From: Azolla caroliniana | Taxonomy: Eukaryota > Plantae > Polypodiophyta | Length of the DNA stretch: 64,000 bases | Reading direction: 5' to 3' | Assembly (NCBI GenBank): GCA_043228905.1 | Contig: JBHGNT010000022.1 | Coordinates: 6,076,001-6,140,000 of the forward strand | Shown: one piece after another, positions 26,020 through 38,700 of the stretch | How the letters are laid out: every line of letters starts with the position of its first letter | Position numbering within the stretch: position 1 is the first letter of the stretch | The notes under the pieces: generated by a model | Told to the model about the DNA's origin: nothing | Seen by the model: the letters and a program-made list of their open reading frames with translations, nothing else | The model's database searches: none | Position numbers and translations under genes: made by a program

Positions 26020-28214
26020 TGTTGGTGAATGTTAGAATGGTTATGGTTTTAACATATTATAGCTGTTTCTAAGATATACCAACCTCTGATATATACCTAC
26101 CTAGTCTCTTTATATCTGGGGTATCTAATAGTTTGGAGAGGGTGGGTGAGGGTCCTAGTATGTCTTGGTATTCTGCCATTATCTCGGCGTAAGTTGGAGA
26201 CTTGCATGTAAAGTGATACTCATCCTCTATCTCTACGGGACATAATCTTCATATCCATTCCTCTCTAGGGACTCTATTAGTATGAACATTCTCTATCCCA
26301 AACTGGTGAGGTGATATCCTAAGTTGTCCAATGGCAACCCTTAGTGCATTTAATAATATTTATATCTAGATATTTTTCTCGTGTAATGAAACCTAACTTA
26401 GAGAAGTGCATGAAGTATTCCTTATAGTACAACATTTTAGATGGGAGTGGCTCTTCTGGGGTGATCCATTTATATCGATTGTAAATTTGCCATATTTCTT
26501 GGCGTATTACTTTATTACAGTCCGCATGAGAGACTAAAGTTTCAGTCCCATGGTTGTATTTAAGGGGAGGTAGGTTCTTAATGTCTATGCCATTTACAAG
26601 TAACCAACTCACTATAGAGCTATACCAAGATCTAGTAGCTCCGAATGCATATAGGGATCGGGATGCCTCAAAAGCTTGACGAGGTATCCCATCTTATGGC
26701 TGGTTATGTATCCTATGAATAAAACCTAGAAGTTAGAAAAGTGCTTCTACTAACATCGGGGGCAAACTCAATTCCACTCTAATAATGTCATGTGGTATTG
26801 TCGATTTGTTTCGGAGTTGACGTGATAACACCGTCACCAAAGGTCTCTCTAATTGCGTCCACATGAAAGATGGTAGACCTGGAGCCCAAACTACTGATGC
26901 ATACATGAGGGAAGGGGTCACTAATGAGTCGAAGTGCCATCCCCGAGCACATCGCTCTTGAAAGTATGCCTAGTAGCATTGTCACTCTAAGAGTGAGAGG
27001 ATGCATACCCTCTTGTTAGCCTATCTTTGGTTTCTTGAGTCATCGAGAATTTACCCGAGCGAGTGTCAAAAGTGACTCCCAGATATACATATGATCCAAC
27101 TACCTCAACTTATTTAAGAGAGAGGATTAGGTGACATTTACTCCTAACTCGAGAAAATGTATGAAAGATAAGGACTTTAGTTTTTGCTAAATTCACTACC
27201 AATCCTCGTTGTGTGCAAAAGCCATCTGGGGCATTAAGGTGCTTTTGTAGGTCGTGTTTAGACTCTGAGAGCAAAACTATGTCTTCTGCACATAAAGTAA
27301 GAGACTAACTTGCGTACCCCGAATGGCTACTCCGTTGCCTCCTTTACGAGCAATAAGATCAGTGATCTCATCAATGTAAATACCAAAAAGAGTCAGTGGC
27401 AGGGGCAACCTTGTTTTACACCAATGGTGATCGTGAAGCAATAAGATAGGCCACTTGGGCATCTTACGCACCTAGAGACTTGCTCATATAGAGCATACAT
27501 GGCCCAAATCATGTCATTTGGTATCTCCAGGCTTTTAAGCCTATCAAACAACCGCTCCCTAGGAACTGTGTCAAAGGCTTTGCGGAAGTCCATAAAGCAA
27601 CAATATAGTTTCTTATTGTGAGCCTTTGTCTGGTCAATTAAGCATCTAAGTGTGAAGATATGGTCAATAGTGGAGAAGGCTCGTCTAAAGCCAACCTACT
27701 CAGATGCTCGAAGACTTAAGGTTTCCATATAATTGTTGAGCTCTGCTTCCATTTCCGCACCATATAATTTAGTGGGCCTATAACCTATCATAATGATCCT
27801 ATATGTATTTGGGTGCACGGGGTCCCCTCCTTTATGTATAGGGGCCACTGTGTTCATGGTCCATTGTGGTGGAAAACCCTCGACGAGGGCGTGTTTGAAG
27901 ATTAGAGTGAGAAAAGGAGCTAGGCATTCTCGAGCATATATGATGTGTTTGGCATGCAATCCTATGTGGTCCATGGATTTCTTATGTTGTAATTTTTTTA
28001 TGACCTTCATGACCCTAGAGGTCGTGAAAAGTGTCCCCATGGTAGGTCGAGGTATGGAAGACATTGGAAGGGGTGACTGGTTTGAGACTTGGTAAAGTCT
28101 CTCTGTATATGTGTGCCAAGTGTTGGGATCCTCGATGGGTGTTTGTGGTCTGTGTTCCCGTAGTTTCTTCCATGGAAGGGCGCAATCCCATAAGCATCTG
28201 GTAGAATTCCCGAT

Positions 28215-28217
<3 letters not shown>
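26020..28217 (-). mobile_element. 5'-truncated, degenerate non-LTR retrotransposon (RTE-like LINE)
   Basis: PIHKGGD..PNTYR, MDFRKAFDTVPRERL, GVKQGCP, LLY, plus C-terminal Cys/His remnants. Confidence 0.88.
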
Positions 28218-28249
<32 letters not shown>

Positions 28250-28319
28250 AGGCCTAAGTTTATTAGGCTAGGATAGGCGTATATGTGCCCCCCCAAATGC
28301 CCTTGGGAATGGAATGTGA

Positions 28320-28440
28320 TTGTGACGTTGGACAGGCCGCCAGCTTTCTGCATGGCATACATGGCATACATATGTGTTGCGCTGCATTGTATTGCATTGC
28401 ATGCCTTCACAGATTCATATACATATATATGTATATATAC
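28320..28440 (+). promoter_or_regulatory. Putative storage-protein promoter with RY-like TGCATG motifs, an ACGT core and a TATA-like tract
   Basis: TGACGT at about 28323, TGCATG at about 28349 and 28399, and TATATA tracts at 28417-28440, all within 200 bp of the vicilin ATG. Confidence 0.5.
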
Positions 28441-28511
28441 GTACTGATCTGTTGCAGATATGAAGAAACACGGGTTTATTTACTACATACACACACACAC
28501 ACACACACACC

Positions 28512-31092
28512 ATGGCTGCTTATGGGCTCATGTTCCTCCTCCTCCTCATCCTGCTCCTTTTGTCTTCTGCCCCCCTAGTTATCATATGCCAACAACAGAC
28601 ATTCGCAGCAGCGACTGCTCTTAATGATCCATGGAAACATGATGGAAGACGTAGCGCATTGTATGATGATGAAGAAGAAGCTGGAGAAGAGAGTTATGCA
28701 AAATCTTATCGACATGGGTATGATGATGAAGATGAGAAGCAATATCATGCTCCTCCTTCTGCAAGGCATCATGATGATCGGGATGGTGCAAGAAGCCATC
28801 GTAGAGGACATCGGCATAGTTTTGTGCTGGATATTGATGATGACAGATCCTCGTCTCTCATCCACACGACTGTCTTCCACACGGAGGCCGGAGAAATGAA
28901 GTTCCTTTCGCCACAAGATTCCACTGATGATCATGACAATCACGATAACGAGCTCGCAAGGCAGAGGATCGGCTTAAGCTTCCTCACATTAGAGCCTAAC
29001 GCCCTGTTGTTGCCACACTATACAGATTCAGACTGCCTCTTTGTGGTCAACAAAGGTTTTCTCCCTTTTTGTTTTCTAGTGTAATATATATCTGTGGTGC
29101 TAGGCAGAGCATGAAGATGTTTGAATGATTTAGGTAATATGTATCTGTGGTGCTAGGCTGAGCATGAATATGTTTGAATGATTTAATAGTATTGCATGAT
29201 GAGCATGGCCCATATTCTATGAGTATTATATATGTATGTTCCCTTCATTCTTGTGTGCGTATATGTAAATGTTCAAATGATGATGATTGATGATGATTAC
29301 TACTACTACAGGCAGAGGCCTCTTTTCATGGATTGATGGGGAGGATCTTCAAAAGTTGCAGTTGGAGGAAGGAGATGTGTATAGGATAGAGAGTGGCACT
29401 GTCTTCTATTTCCTCAATGACGATCAAAATCGAAAGATGCATGTCTTTGGCATCCATGATTTGGCAGCTGGAGGATCTACACGATCTGTGATCAGAGACG
29501 GGGTGCGATTCCAAATTCTGTGTGTTTTTATAATATGGCCATCTATTGATTTGAGCAACCGATGCCTTTTCTCTTTGATGTTTCGAATGAGATCCATTAG
29601 TCAATGTTTTGTTTTTGTGTTTAATAATGTATGCAGGGTTTCTTTAACGTGGCGGGGGCAGAGACCATTCTATCTGGGTTTGATGAGGATGTGCTTTCAA
29701 CCGCCTTCAATGTATGTTGTATGGTTACACAACACAAGGATTTAGGTTTTGGTTACACTCTATGGATAATTTAAGCTAAATAATTGCGCGCATAATTATT
29801 TGGAAATAGGATGCGGCTTAATGAAAAGATATATGTTTTTTATGATTTTGCGGGTATCTGGTGACGAAGTCTATGATCTGCTGAGCTCTGGAAGGGAAGA
29901 AGGACCCATCATCATCTATCATGCGTCGAAGGAGCGCAACCAATCATCAAGTTCTGTTCCTTCAACAACAACAACAACAACAGAAAAGCCTCTCGTGAAT
30001 GTGGTGGCAGAAGTTTTGCTTGAAGACACGAGTGCCCTTCTCCTGCACAGCATACTGAAGAAAGAAGGAGAAGGAGAAGGAGAAGGAGCTCCTGCCCAGA
30101 AGCCACTCAATATATTCCAGAAGAAGCCCATGTTCACGAACGAGCATGGATCCACGAGCGTGGCGGACGAGACCGATTCCGAGCTCCTCAAGCATGCCAA
30201 CAAGGGAGTCTTTTCAGTGAAATTGAAACCTGTGAGTGGTAATCGTAGTAGTAGTAATAATTATTGGGTCATGGTGGAAAATGCCAGGCATTTTATCAAG
30301 CATGCATCATGGATTCAGTGTTTAGAAAGTTAGAATGAAATTTATAATAAGCAATTATTTTTCACATTTAACACAATGCATCATGAAAAGAGTGTTAGAA
30401 AGTTTTAATGATTGTATTTTGAGGAATTATGATCGGACAAAAAAATAGAGTATAGATAGATGTGAATTTTCGATTGAATGAATTGAGTGATGATTGATGT
30501 ACGTACACACACACAGAGTGCAATGTTGGTGCCCCATTGGAACCCGAGGGGCATGGAGATTGCGTTAGTGACGAAGGGGGAGGGAGACATTCAGGTGGTG
30601 GTGCATTCGGATAGTGGTAGTAGAAGTAATGGCGATCTCGAGAGGAGGGTGAGGGAGAGGGTGAGGGAAGGCAGCGTCTTCTATGTCCCTCGGAACTTTG
30701 GCATGTGTCAGGTGGCATCTACCAATGGACCCCTGGAGTTCCTGGGATTCTCCACGTCCTCCAGGCCCAACCATCCCCAGTTCCTTGCAGGTAATACATA
30801 TATAATTCATATCATATTGTATGACATGATGATGATGATATATATATATATATATATATATATAATGTACATGCATTTTATCTCATTGTTTTTTTAAAGT
30901 TATTTACTACATACTCTGCTAGGATGGAGCTCGGTGCTGAAGAAGGTGGAGGCCGATGTGGTGGCATCGGCATTCAATGTGCCGGCGGATTACGTGCAGG
31001 GATTCTTGGGAAGGCAGGCTCAGGCCGTCATCGTGCCAGGTGTAGTCTCTAAGGCTGAACCAGGAGACAGAAAGCAAAATAGCAGCAGCTAA
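28512..31092 (+). CDS. Vicilin-like (7S globulin) bicupin storage protein, 6 exons: 28512-29055, 29312-29502, 29637-29711, 29854-30231, 30517-30790, 30923-31092
   Basis: Signal peptide and acidic His-rich N-terminus. Cupin 1: LEPNALLLPHYTDSD, EEGDVYRIESGTVFY, ILSGFDEDVLSTAFN. Cupin 2: AMLVPHWNPRG, EGSVFYVPR, PQFLAG, ASAFNV. Introns are GT-AG with consistent phases, except the intron-3 acceptor, which reads CGG. Confidence 0.93.
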
Positions 31093-32538
31093 TTTTCACC
31101 TTGTTTTTTCTTAAGCTTGCATATGTATATATATGTAGCTCCCATCAGTCAGTAAAGAAGAGAGCTACTAAAATTGTCGTTAGAGTGTACCTTTTGCACA
31201 CAGATAAATTAAGATAATAAAAAGTCTTTTAGTTTTGTTTTGCACAAAACTCTATTTGGCAGGCTATTTCTATTTAGTAACTATGTCCAAATTAATGTGT
31301 CCTCTCTCTATCTCATGGTTTAATAATTTTTTAGAGTGGACGTTAGTATCTCTAGTCGCATCTACGGCCTTTGTACCATTCTTAAGGCCTCATCACTATT
31401 TGATATACATACATAATATGTACGAATCATAAATGCTGTCTACCCCCTACCGGAAATTTTCCTGCTACTTATGATCCTAACCGGAATTTAGAATTTTTAA
31501 TCGGCCAATTTCTTACAAGCGATAATATCAACCGGAACATGTTTGGCGCATACCAAATCAACACTCATTCAATTTGTGCAACGTCAAGCTTAGAATGGCA
31601 ATATTTCATAGGGACCTAAAATATTTGTTACTGCGATGGTAGTAACTAGTGTCCTTTTAATGTGAAGACAACCAAGGCTTGGCATTCCAAAAACATCATA
31701 AACTTTAAATAAAAAACTGACCAAGGTCAAACTTTATTGCATATACAAACTTTACAACATTAACATAAAAGAAAACAAGTATGAACATTTATAATCTCTC
31801 ATTATTTTATCATATGTTTTAGTTATATTGCAAGCACAATCCTTGCTTTCATATACAAGAAACAATTTGCCGAATCAATCGAATCATTAAATCTAGCATG
31901 ATAATTTATGTTGATTCATTGTTCGATGATCAGAACTAGCATTGCATTTCGATTCAGACATCCTTTGGAAATAAAAGGAGCATACTCTATGATTTCCATT
32001 AGATTGGTAAAGCATCTCAGAAGAGCTATTGCACTCTCTAAGAATTCAACTTCTAAGAAGAATTGAGTTAGGCTCCCCAACCAATAGAAAGACCCCTAGA
32101 ACGGGAGAACTAGGAAATTCCATCGATTTCTCTATGTCCTGACATTTGCTCCAATGGTGCCTTGACAACTCGGGTATCAACAACATTGAGCTCATCAATT
32201 AGCACATTTGGGATATTGAGGCCTTTCACTTTCAAAAGATTGGTGGACATTACCACATGCAAACCCAAAAGGCAAGCATCACAAAATGTTGGGGCTGCTA
32301 CACCCAACATCCCCCTCAACCTTGTATAGCCTCACATACACAAATGCATGTTTGAATATCAACGATATACAAACACTAAACCCTTTTGAACATAGTTTTC
32401 TATATCGCTTTTATGTATGCAAACGTAAATGTCAATATGATGTCCCAACCTACATTCATAAGCATAGTCATTACGTTGAGAAAAGAAATTAGATAAAGAG
32501 ATTGAAATGTCAAAGGTTTGACATTGGTGCAAACAATA

Positions 32539-33230
32539 CCTTCAATGATGGTCATGGGGTGTATGTATTTCGCATTAATTTTTCCTGCTTCTTGTAAAAG
32601 TTCCCCTTCTAGAATGACCATTGACATTGTCCCATCTCCAACCTCATCATCTTGAACTTTCAATAGAACTGTATAGATGAGAACACTAAATGACATGAAG
32701 CTTAAATATTTCGTGTTTTCTCCCTAAAAAGAGAGCTCCAGAGTAAGATTGGCACATCATTCACTAAAATAACAATCAAATCATATGAGCTTGCCTACTG
32801 CAAATATTTATAAATTACATTTATAAGGTGTTATCTCACAACTTCTGCTACATAAAGTGAAAGATTTATTTCCAACATGAGGTGTGTATTATTTAGAGTG
32901 TTTGCCCAATGGAAATAGAAACATTTATAAAGGAAAACATCAGTTCTTTTGTTAGCTTACTCATAAGTATTTTACTACTAAACTCCTGTGAGATTGTAGT
33001 GTTTTCCCATGGTTTCCTATTATATTTCATGCATGAAAAGAGAATTCAAGCAATATTCCCCAAACAATGTTGTCAAGAACAATATACAATGATAATTATG
33101 TTAAGGAACAACCAACCAACTAGCAATTTTGTAGCTAGATTGTCGAAGTGGAGGGATTTGTATAGAGTAGCCCCATTATTCGTAACAGTAACCGTGAGGC
33201 CTTTTCCAGTGGACTGCGAAATCTTATCTT
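32539..33230 (-). pseudogene. CCT2: Degenerate intron-containing fragment of chaperonin CCT/TCP-1 subunit beta
   Basis: DKISQSTGKGLTVTVTNNGATLYKSLHFDN and [27 protein letters not shown]...IHPMTIIEG match the conserved CCT-beta N-terminus, with substitutions in TNDGAT and GDGTT. No downstream exons recognised. Confidence 0.85.
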
Positions 33231-33613
33231 GGTCACACCAAAGGAAAAAATAAAACACAAATCTCAAGTTTTGCAATACCCTATCACATCCAAAGAGGTG
33301 ATTTGCCTAAGAAAAAGAGAGCAAATAAGAATACAACATTTCAGACACAATGGAGAATGAGAGACATAAAGAATTCAGAGAGATTGGGAGAAGAGAAAGT
33401 TTTACCTCAGAATAGAAATGGATAGAGCGAAAGGGATGGTACAACAAGAAGAAGGAAGGCATGCCTTAGAAAGAGGTGCATGCAGGAATACAAATGAAGC
33501 ACGTGAGCATAGAAAGAATTTAATTACAGATGGAAAACAACACATGGGCAGTCCATGCAGGTGCGGGACGAAGTAGTACATACACACAAGCAAAACGAAT
33601 GAAAGAATGAAAG

Positions 33614-33660
<47 letters not shown>

Positions 33661-34144
33661 CTAGGTCATGGATGCTGGTAGCAATGGCGAAACAAGAGCA
33701 AATGGAGAATGAAGCTCTGCAGAAAAAGGGCAGGGGGCTTGGATTGTTTTAGGGGAAAGAGGGGGGAAAGAGCAGGAGGAGGGAATTCAATATAACTAAA
33801 CGTAAAACGTTTTATTTTTCTACATAAATAGTTGGCTCTAAAAATATGAACCGACTAGATTCTAGTTTTTGGGAAATTCTAGCTGGAATCAGTTCTAGCT
33901 CTCCTCCACGTTGGTTGGCAAAAGTCCCAATCCAACCAGAACACTGACATTGTTCTTGGGACTTTGCCCAACACTGGCTAGAACTACCTTGAACTTGTCT
34001 CGGGAATTCAAACAATCAGGGCCGTCCATTTTATTATGTCTCTCTATGCATGGGGTGAAGTTCTATGTGTTAGAAATTAGGGTTTCTGTTTTACCCAAGC
34101 TTTTTGTGGGAGTTTTTTTTATGAATAGAACCAGAAGATAATGA

Positions 34145-34925
34145 AAATGTGCAACGTCTTTAGGATTCTTCTCTCATTATTTTTTGGGTAATGAATATCC
34201 TACACCAACATATTGAGGAATGTTGGATGTAAGGTACAAAAGAATCATAAGAGTAAGATTCTGTCATCCGGTTCAGTTGTTGACAAAAGGAAATGGTTTA
34301 GAAGATGGAATGTGGATGATCTTTTAGAGCTTTCGAGCAATGCTATGCATATGTAATGATCGAGGAAAGGTTGGTGGAATCATTAAGGATGAAGTGGGAA
34401 GATGCTTAAGAGGACAAAGCTAGAATACTACATTGCAAATGCCAACCCTAAATGTTGGTCTCAATATAAAGCAAGGATGTCTATTGATCATATCCAACCT
34501 TATCTCATTACCAATATGAGTAGTAATGCTCGTAGTGCCCTTACACTACTTCGCAGTTGATCTCACAAGTTAGGTATTGAAGTTGCATCATGGTATCAAA
34601 ATGTAACGAATTTTAAGACATGTAAAGTATGCAATGAAGGCATGGTAGAGGATGAATGTCACTTGCTTTTCACATGCTCGACATATAGGGCAATTCATTC
34701 AAGATATGCTAACATACTAAGAGGGAATGATAACTTTAGTGCCATACTTAACACACCACCTAGAAGGTTGAGCTCATATGTGTAGGCTTTATTCGCACAT
34801 AGAGACTTTGTGCTTCAATGTATAAATACCCCTTCTTAGGAAGGTGACACATATCAAGAACACATGTATACGATGGTCCCATAGGTCAAAATTGGCCTCT
34901 TTATGGATGATAAAAAGTTAATTCC
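34145..34925 (+). mobile_element. 3' fragment of a LINE (ORF2 C-terminal zinc knuckle and 3' UTR)
   Basis: SHKLGIEVASW...CKVCNEGMVEDECHLLFTC. Confidence 0.75.
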
Positions 34926-35769
34926 CAATGACTATATGGTGATTATAGCACTTTCCCATGTGGCAGGCACCTTGGGGATGGATGGGAAATCAAAGTCACC
35001 TTGGTGGAGAGAGGAACCTAAACCCACATGGAAGGACAATCATGAATATGAGACTCTTCTTCTCCCTTGGCAACCCTAATTTGTTTTACAACTTTTTTTA
35101 AAAGCCTCTCTATTCCTCTCCTTGTAAATAGAGTTGTCTCTCTACACGTGAATCCCTTGCTTGTGGAAGATCTCAACTCGCTTTCGTTATCATCCAATTC
35201 ATTTTTCATGCTTTTACTGTATTTCATGTGTGACAATCCCTTGCTTGCGGATGACTGGATTTGTCGAGGATGAGAAGCCAATCTAACTAATCGAGGTCAA
35301 GAGTTGAAGCTAGTCCAACTAATTGAGGTCAAGAGTTGTCCCTTTCTGAATATTTTAGTTTGAAAGGGAACTCAGAAATGATAACAATGAGTTATAAGAA
35401 GTTGGCACAAGATGTGGCCCCTGGAAGCATGATTCTATGCACAGATGGTACAATTACCTTAATTGTCTTATAATGTACGTTGGAAAATACCCATACTCGA
35501 ACATTATATCTTTTTAAAATATATGAAACTGAGGAAACTTGAGGTCCATTTGATTATGTGTTTCTCTTGTTGAATATGGTGTTTTCCTATAGGGTAGTAT
35601 CTAAAATTTCTGTAATATATATTCTTGAGTGTATAAAATGTTTTTACCTTGTCTCTATTTTGAGTGTTCATAATGGTTCCCCTAGGTTCAACCATAGGCA
35701 TTGTTTCAGGATACACAATTTCACAAATGAAATGGAATCATTGTGCCCACCAAAGTGGTTTCGGCTCTT

Positions 35770-38700
35770 AACACCGGGACGTTTGAAACAATATATTGTA
35801 TTCTCCTTTTCACATATTGGAGAGATGTTAGAATATGCCTTTTTTTAGCAGAATTTCAAAAAGGTATCACACATGCGTAGATGTTTCCTTAAAACATAGA
35901 AAAATTTTCAACTAAATAATTTTAAAGGAAGTACTCTAGAATCTAATGCAATGCATATGATTGTCAACTGAATGAGATCCTCCAATAACATAATATGTAT
36001 AATCATCTGAAGAGCTATATCTAAAATCAACAACAGGCGGACACATTTTAGGGTCAACCATAACCAAAAAAGGTATGACGGTTGCATGCAGATTTATCTT
36101 CATTTTGTTTTTCAAATTCTATACATGCAGTACATGGAGCTCTCTAATGTCGAGCGCATGTCGCACGGTTGATGGGTGGCCTCTGAATTAAAGAAACGGC
36201 AGATGGAAGAGTTTCCCTTTCCAAACTACTTTGGTCTTGGCTATATTTTCTCTAATCCGGTTTTGCTTAGAAGTCAATACACCGGAAGATATTTTTCCTC
36301 CTAGAGGGACAACTTCAAGTTGTTTCTCATTGTCTTCTTCTTCCTCAAACTCCAAGACCTTGAGCTCCTCGTCATTTAAACTTTGTCATTTTTTATATTT
36401 TTTATGTTCTGGTTTTGTTTTCTGAGATTATTTAGGGGGGATTCTATGCTTTGGTGCTCATAATCTCTCCCGTAACATAAGGCCGAAGAGCTACAATAAG
36501 ATTATTCTCTGTTTGCATATCTTTTCACAAATATTTTGGATGGCACAGATCAAGTATCAGGTTTGCTTCATCTACTCGCACTTGCCTTGTATCACCTGAG
36601 CTCTCAACTTCGACGATGATATTGGTCAACTCGTTTCGTCATATTCTAAATTATGAACTTTACCATAGGTGAAGTTCTTACCTAATTTGAGCTTTCCATT
36701 ACCTTCCGACTTAGGTAATATGAGGAGAAATATTTCATCTTCGTCGATGTAAACAAGACTCCATTGTAAGTTTGAATCATTTTTAAGCTTATGCTCCGAT
36801 GACTTATCATCGAGGAGCATAATTTGTTTTCCTTTCATCTTCCCTACAGAAGATTTCAAGACCCATCACCTCCGGACTTGAATAACGTTCTTCATCTCTC
36901 TGAGTTGTGTTTCATCTGAGATTGGATCTTTAACTTGAAAGAGGACACCTTTTGATGAGGGTCACTGGAAAAAAAAAAGAGATTTTATTGTGAAAAACAT
37001 GACTAAAACATAAAATAAACGTGCAATACACCTAAATACATTGCCCAAACCACAAAACATGTAAACTTAAAATAAACGTAAAATACACCTTAATACAAAA
37101 ACGGTGATTTCCTATGAACTCTTGTGATTCATTAGCAATATCTGATGTAGTACATTGGATTCAAGTCTACATACGCTAGAATTCGATGCAGTGCATCAGA
37201 TTCAAGTGTACATACGCTAGAATCCGATGTAGTACATCGGATTCAAGTGTACATACGCTAGAATCCAATGTTGTGCATCGTATTCTTGAGGAAGTCTTCT
37301 TGATTCCTCTAGAATCCAATGCGCTGCATCGGATACATAGGCTAGAATCCAATGTTGTGCATCGTATTCTTGAGGAAGTCCTCTTGATTCCTCTAGAATC
37401 CAATGCACTGCATCGGATACATACGTTAGAATCCAATGTTGTGCATCGTATTCTTGAGGAAGTCCTCTTGATTCCTCTAGAATCCAATGCACTGCACCGG
37501 ATACATACGCTGGAATCCAATGTTGTGCATCGTATTCTTGAGGAAGTCCTCTAGAATCCGATGCACTGCATCGGATTCAAGAGGAAATTAAGAGCATAGG
37601 GCTCTACAATTTGATGTACTACACCGAATTCAAGAGGACACATACACAAGAATCTAATCACAGTGCATCGGATTCAAGAGGAAATTAAGAGCATAGGGCT
37701 CTAGAATTTGATGTACTACACCGAATTCAAGAGGACACACACAAGAATCTAATCAAACAATGAAATGACTACAATTAAAGTCACTAAACTTTACATAGAA
37801 TAAAAAAGAATCTTTATGGCATCATTAGGAATCTTTAAAATTGGGTAGAAGAAGACTTACTTGAAAACTTTTTTCCCCTTGTTCATGCTAACTAGTTGTT
37901 AACGATGTGTTGATGAAGGCAAAAACAATGACTTTTCCTCGACAATGTTTTCAACTCTTGGATGCAGTGAAACATGATGGAGACAATAACGGTTGGACCT
38001 CTCGTTATATACTAAACTTAATTATTATTAGAAAAAATACATTCTTAAACAGATCATTATTAAAAGAAATTTATAAAATTAAATAATAATAGGAAAATTT
38101 ATAAAATCCAATTTAAAATTATAGTCAAAATTTATGAAATTATAAAACTTATAAATTTAAATAACATTTTGGGGTAAAAGTCGTAGAGAGTTATATGATT
38201 AATTTCCTTAACATATGGTTTATTTTCAAAGACTAGAGCTTCAATTTCTAGGCTTCTATTTAAGTTAGACAAAGGTGTTAATTTAAGTTAGGCTTCAAGA
38301 TGTCTTCTCCTTTGAGTAGATCATCCTTATTTTTTGTGTACCCTTACGATTTATCAAGTAACTCATATTTCTCAATCGATGAGTACAGAGTCCCACGTGT
38401 TTCAAAGGGTCTAAGTGAAAATGTGAATTATGATGCTGGTAATAGCTCAAACTTACTTTTCTCAATCGGCTGGGACAAAGTGGTATACAACATAACAAAG
38501 TTGTGCAAGCATTGAAAGGATGAAACCACTACTGATGAATCTTGCGTAACTAAGCCTTTTATATTTAAAAGAGCTCCTTGACAAGTTAGTCTAAAGAGAT
38601 TTAACTATTTTTAATGTTCTAATAGTCAGATTGTTTGCGATTCGAGCAAGACATGTTGTGGGAACCTATGTGTTAATAAATTTGGAAAAGCAAACTTAAG

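Noticed and set aside
37176-37554. Repeat-protein ORFs (LESNVVHRILEEV...) and the similar ORF at 61621-62034
   Set aside because: By-products of 84-bp and 150-bp DNA tandem repeats. The 37-kb array is open on both strands and neither has gene context.
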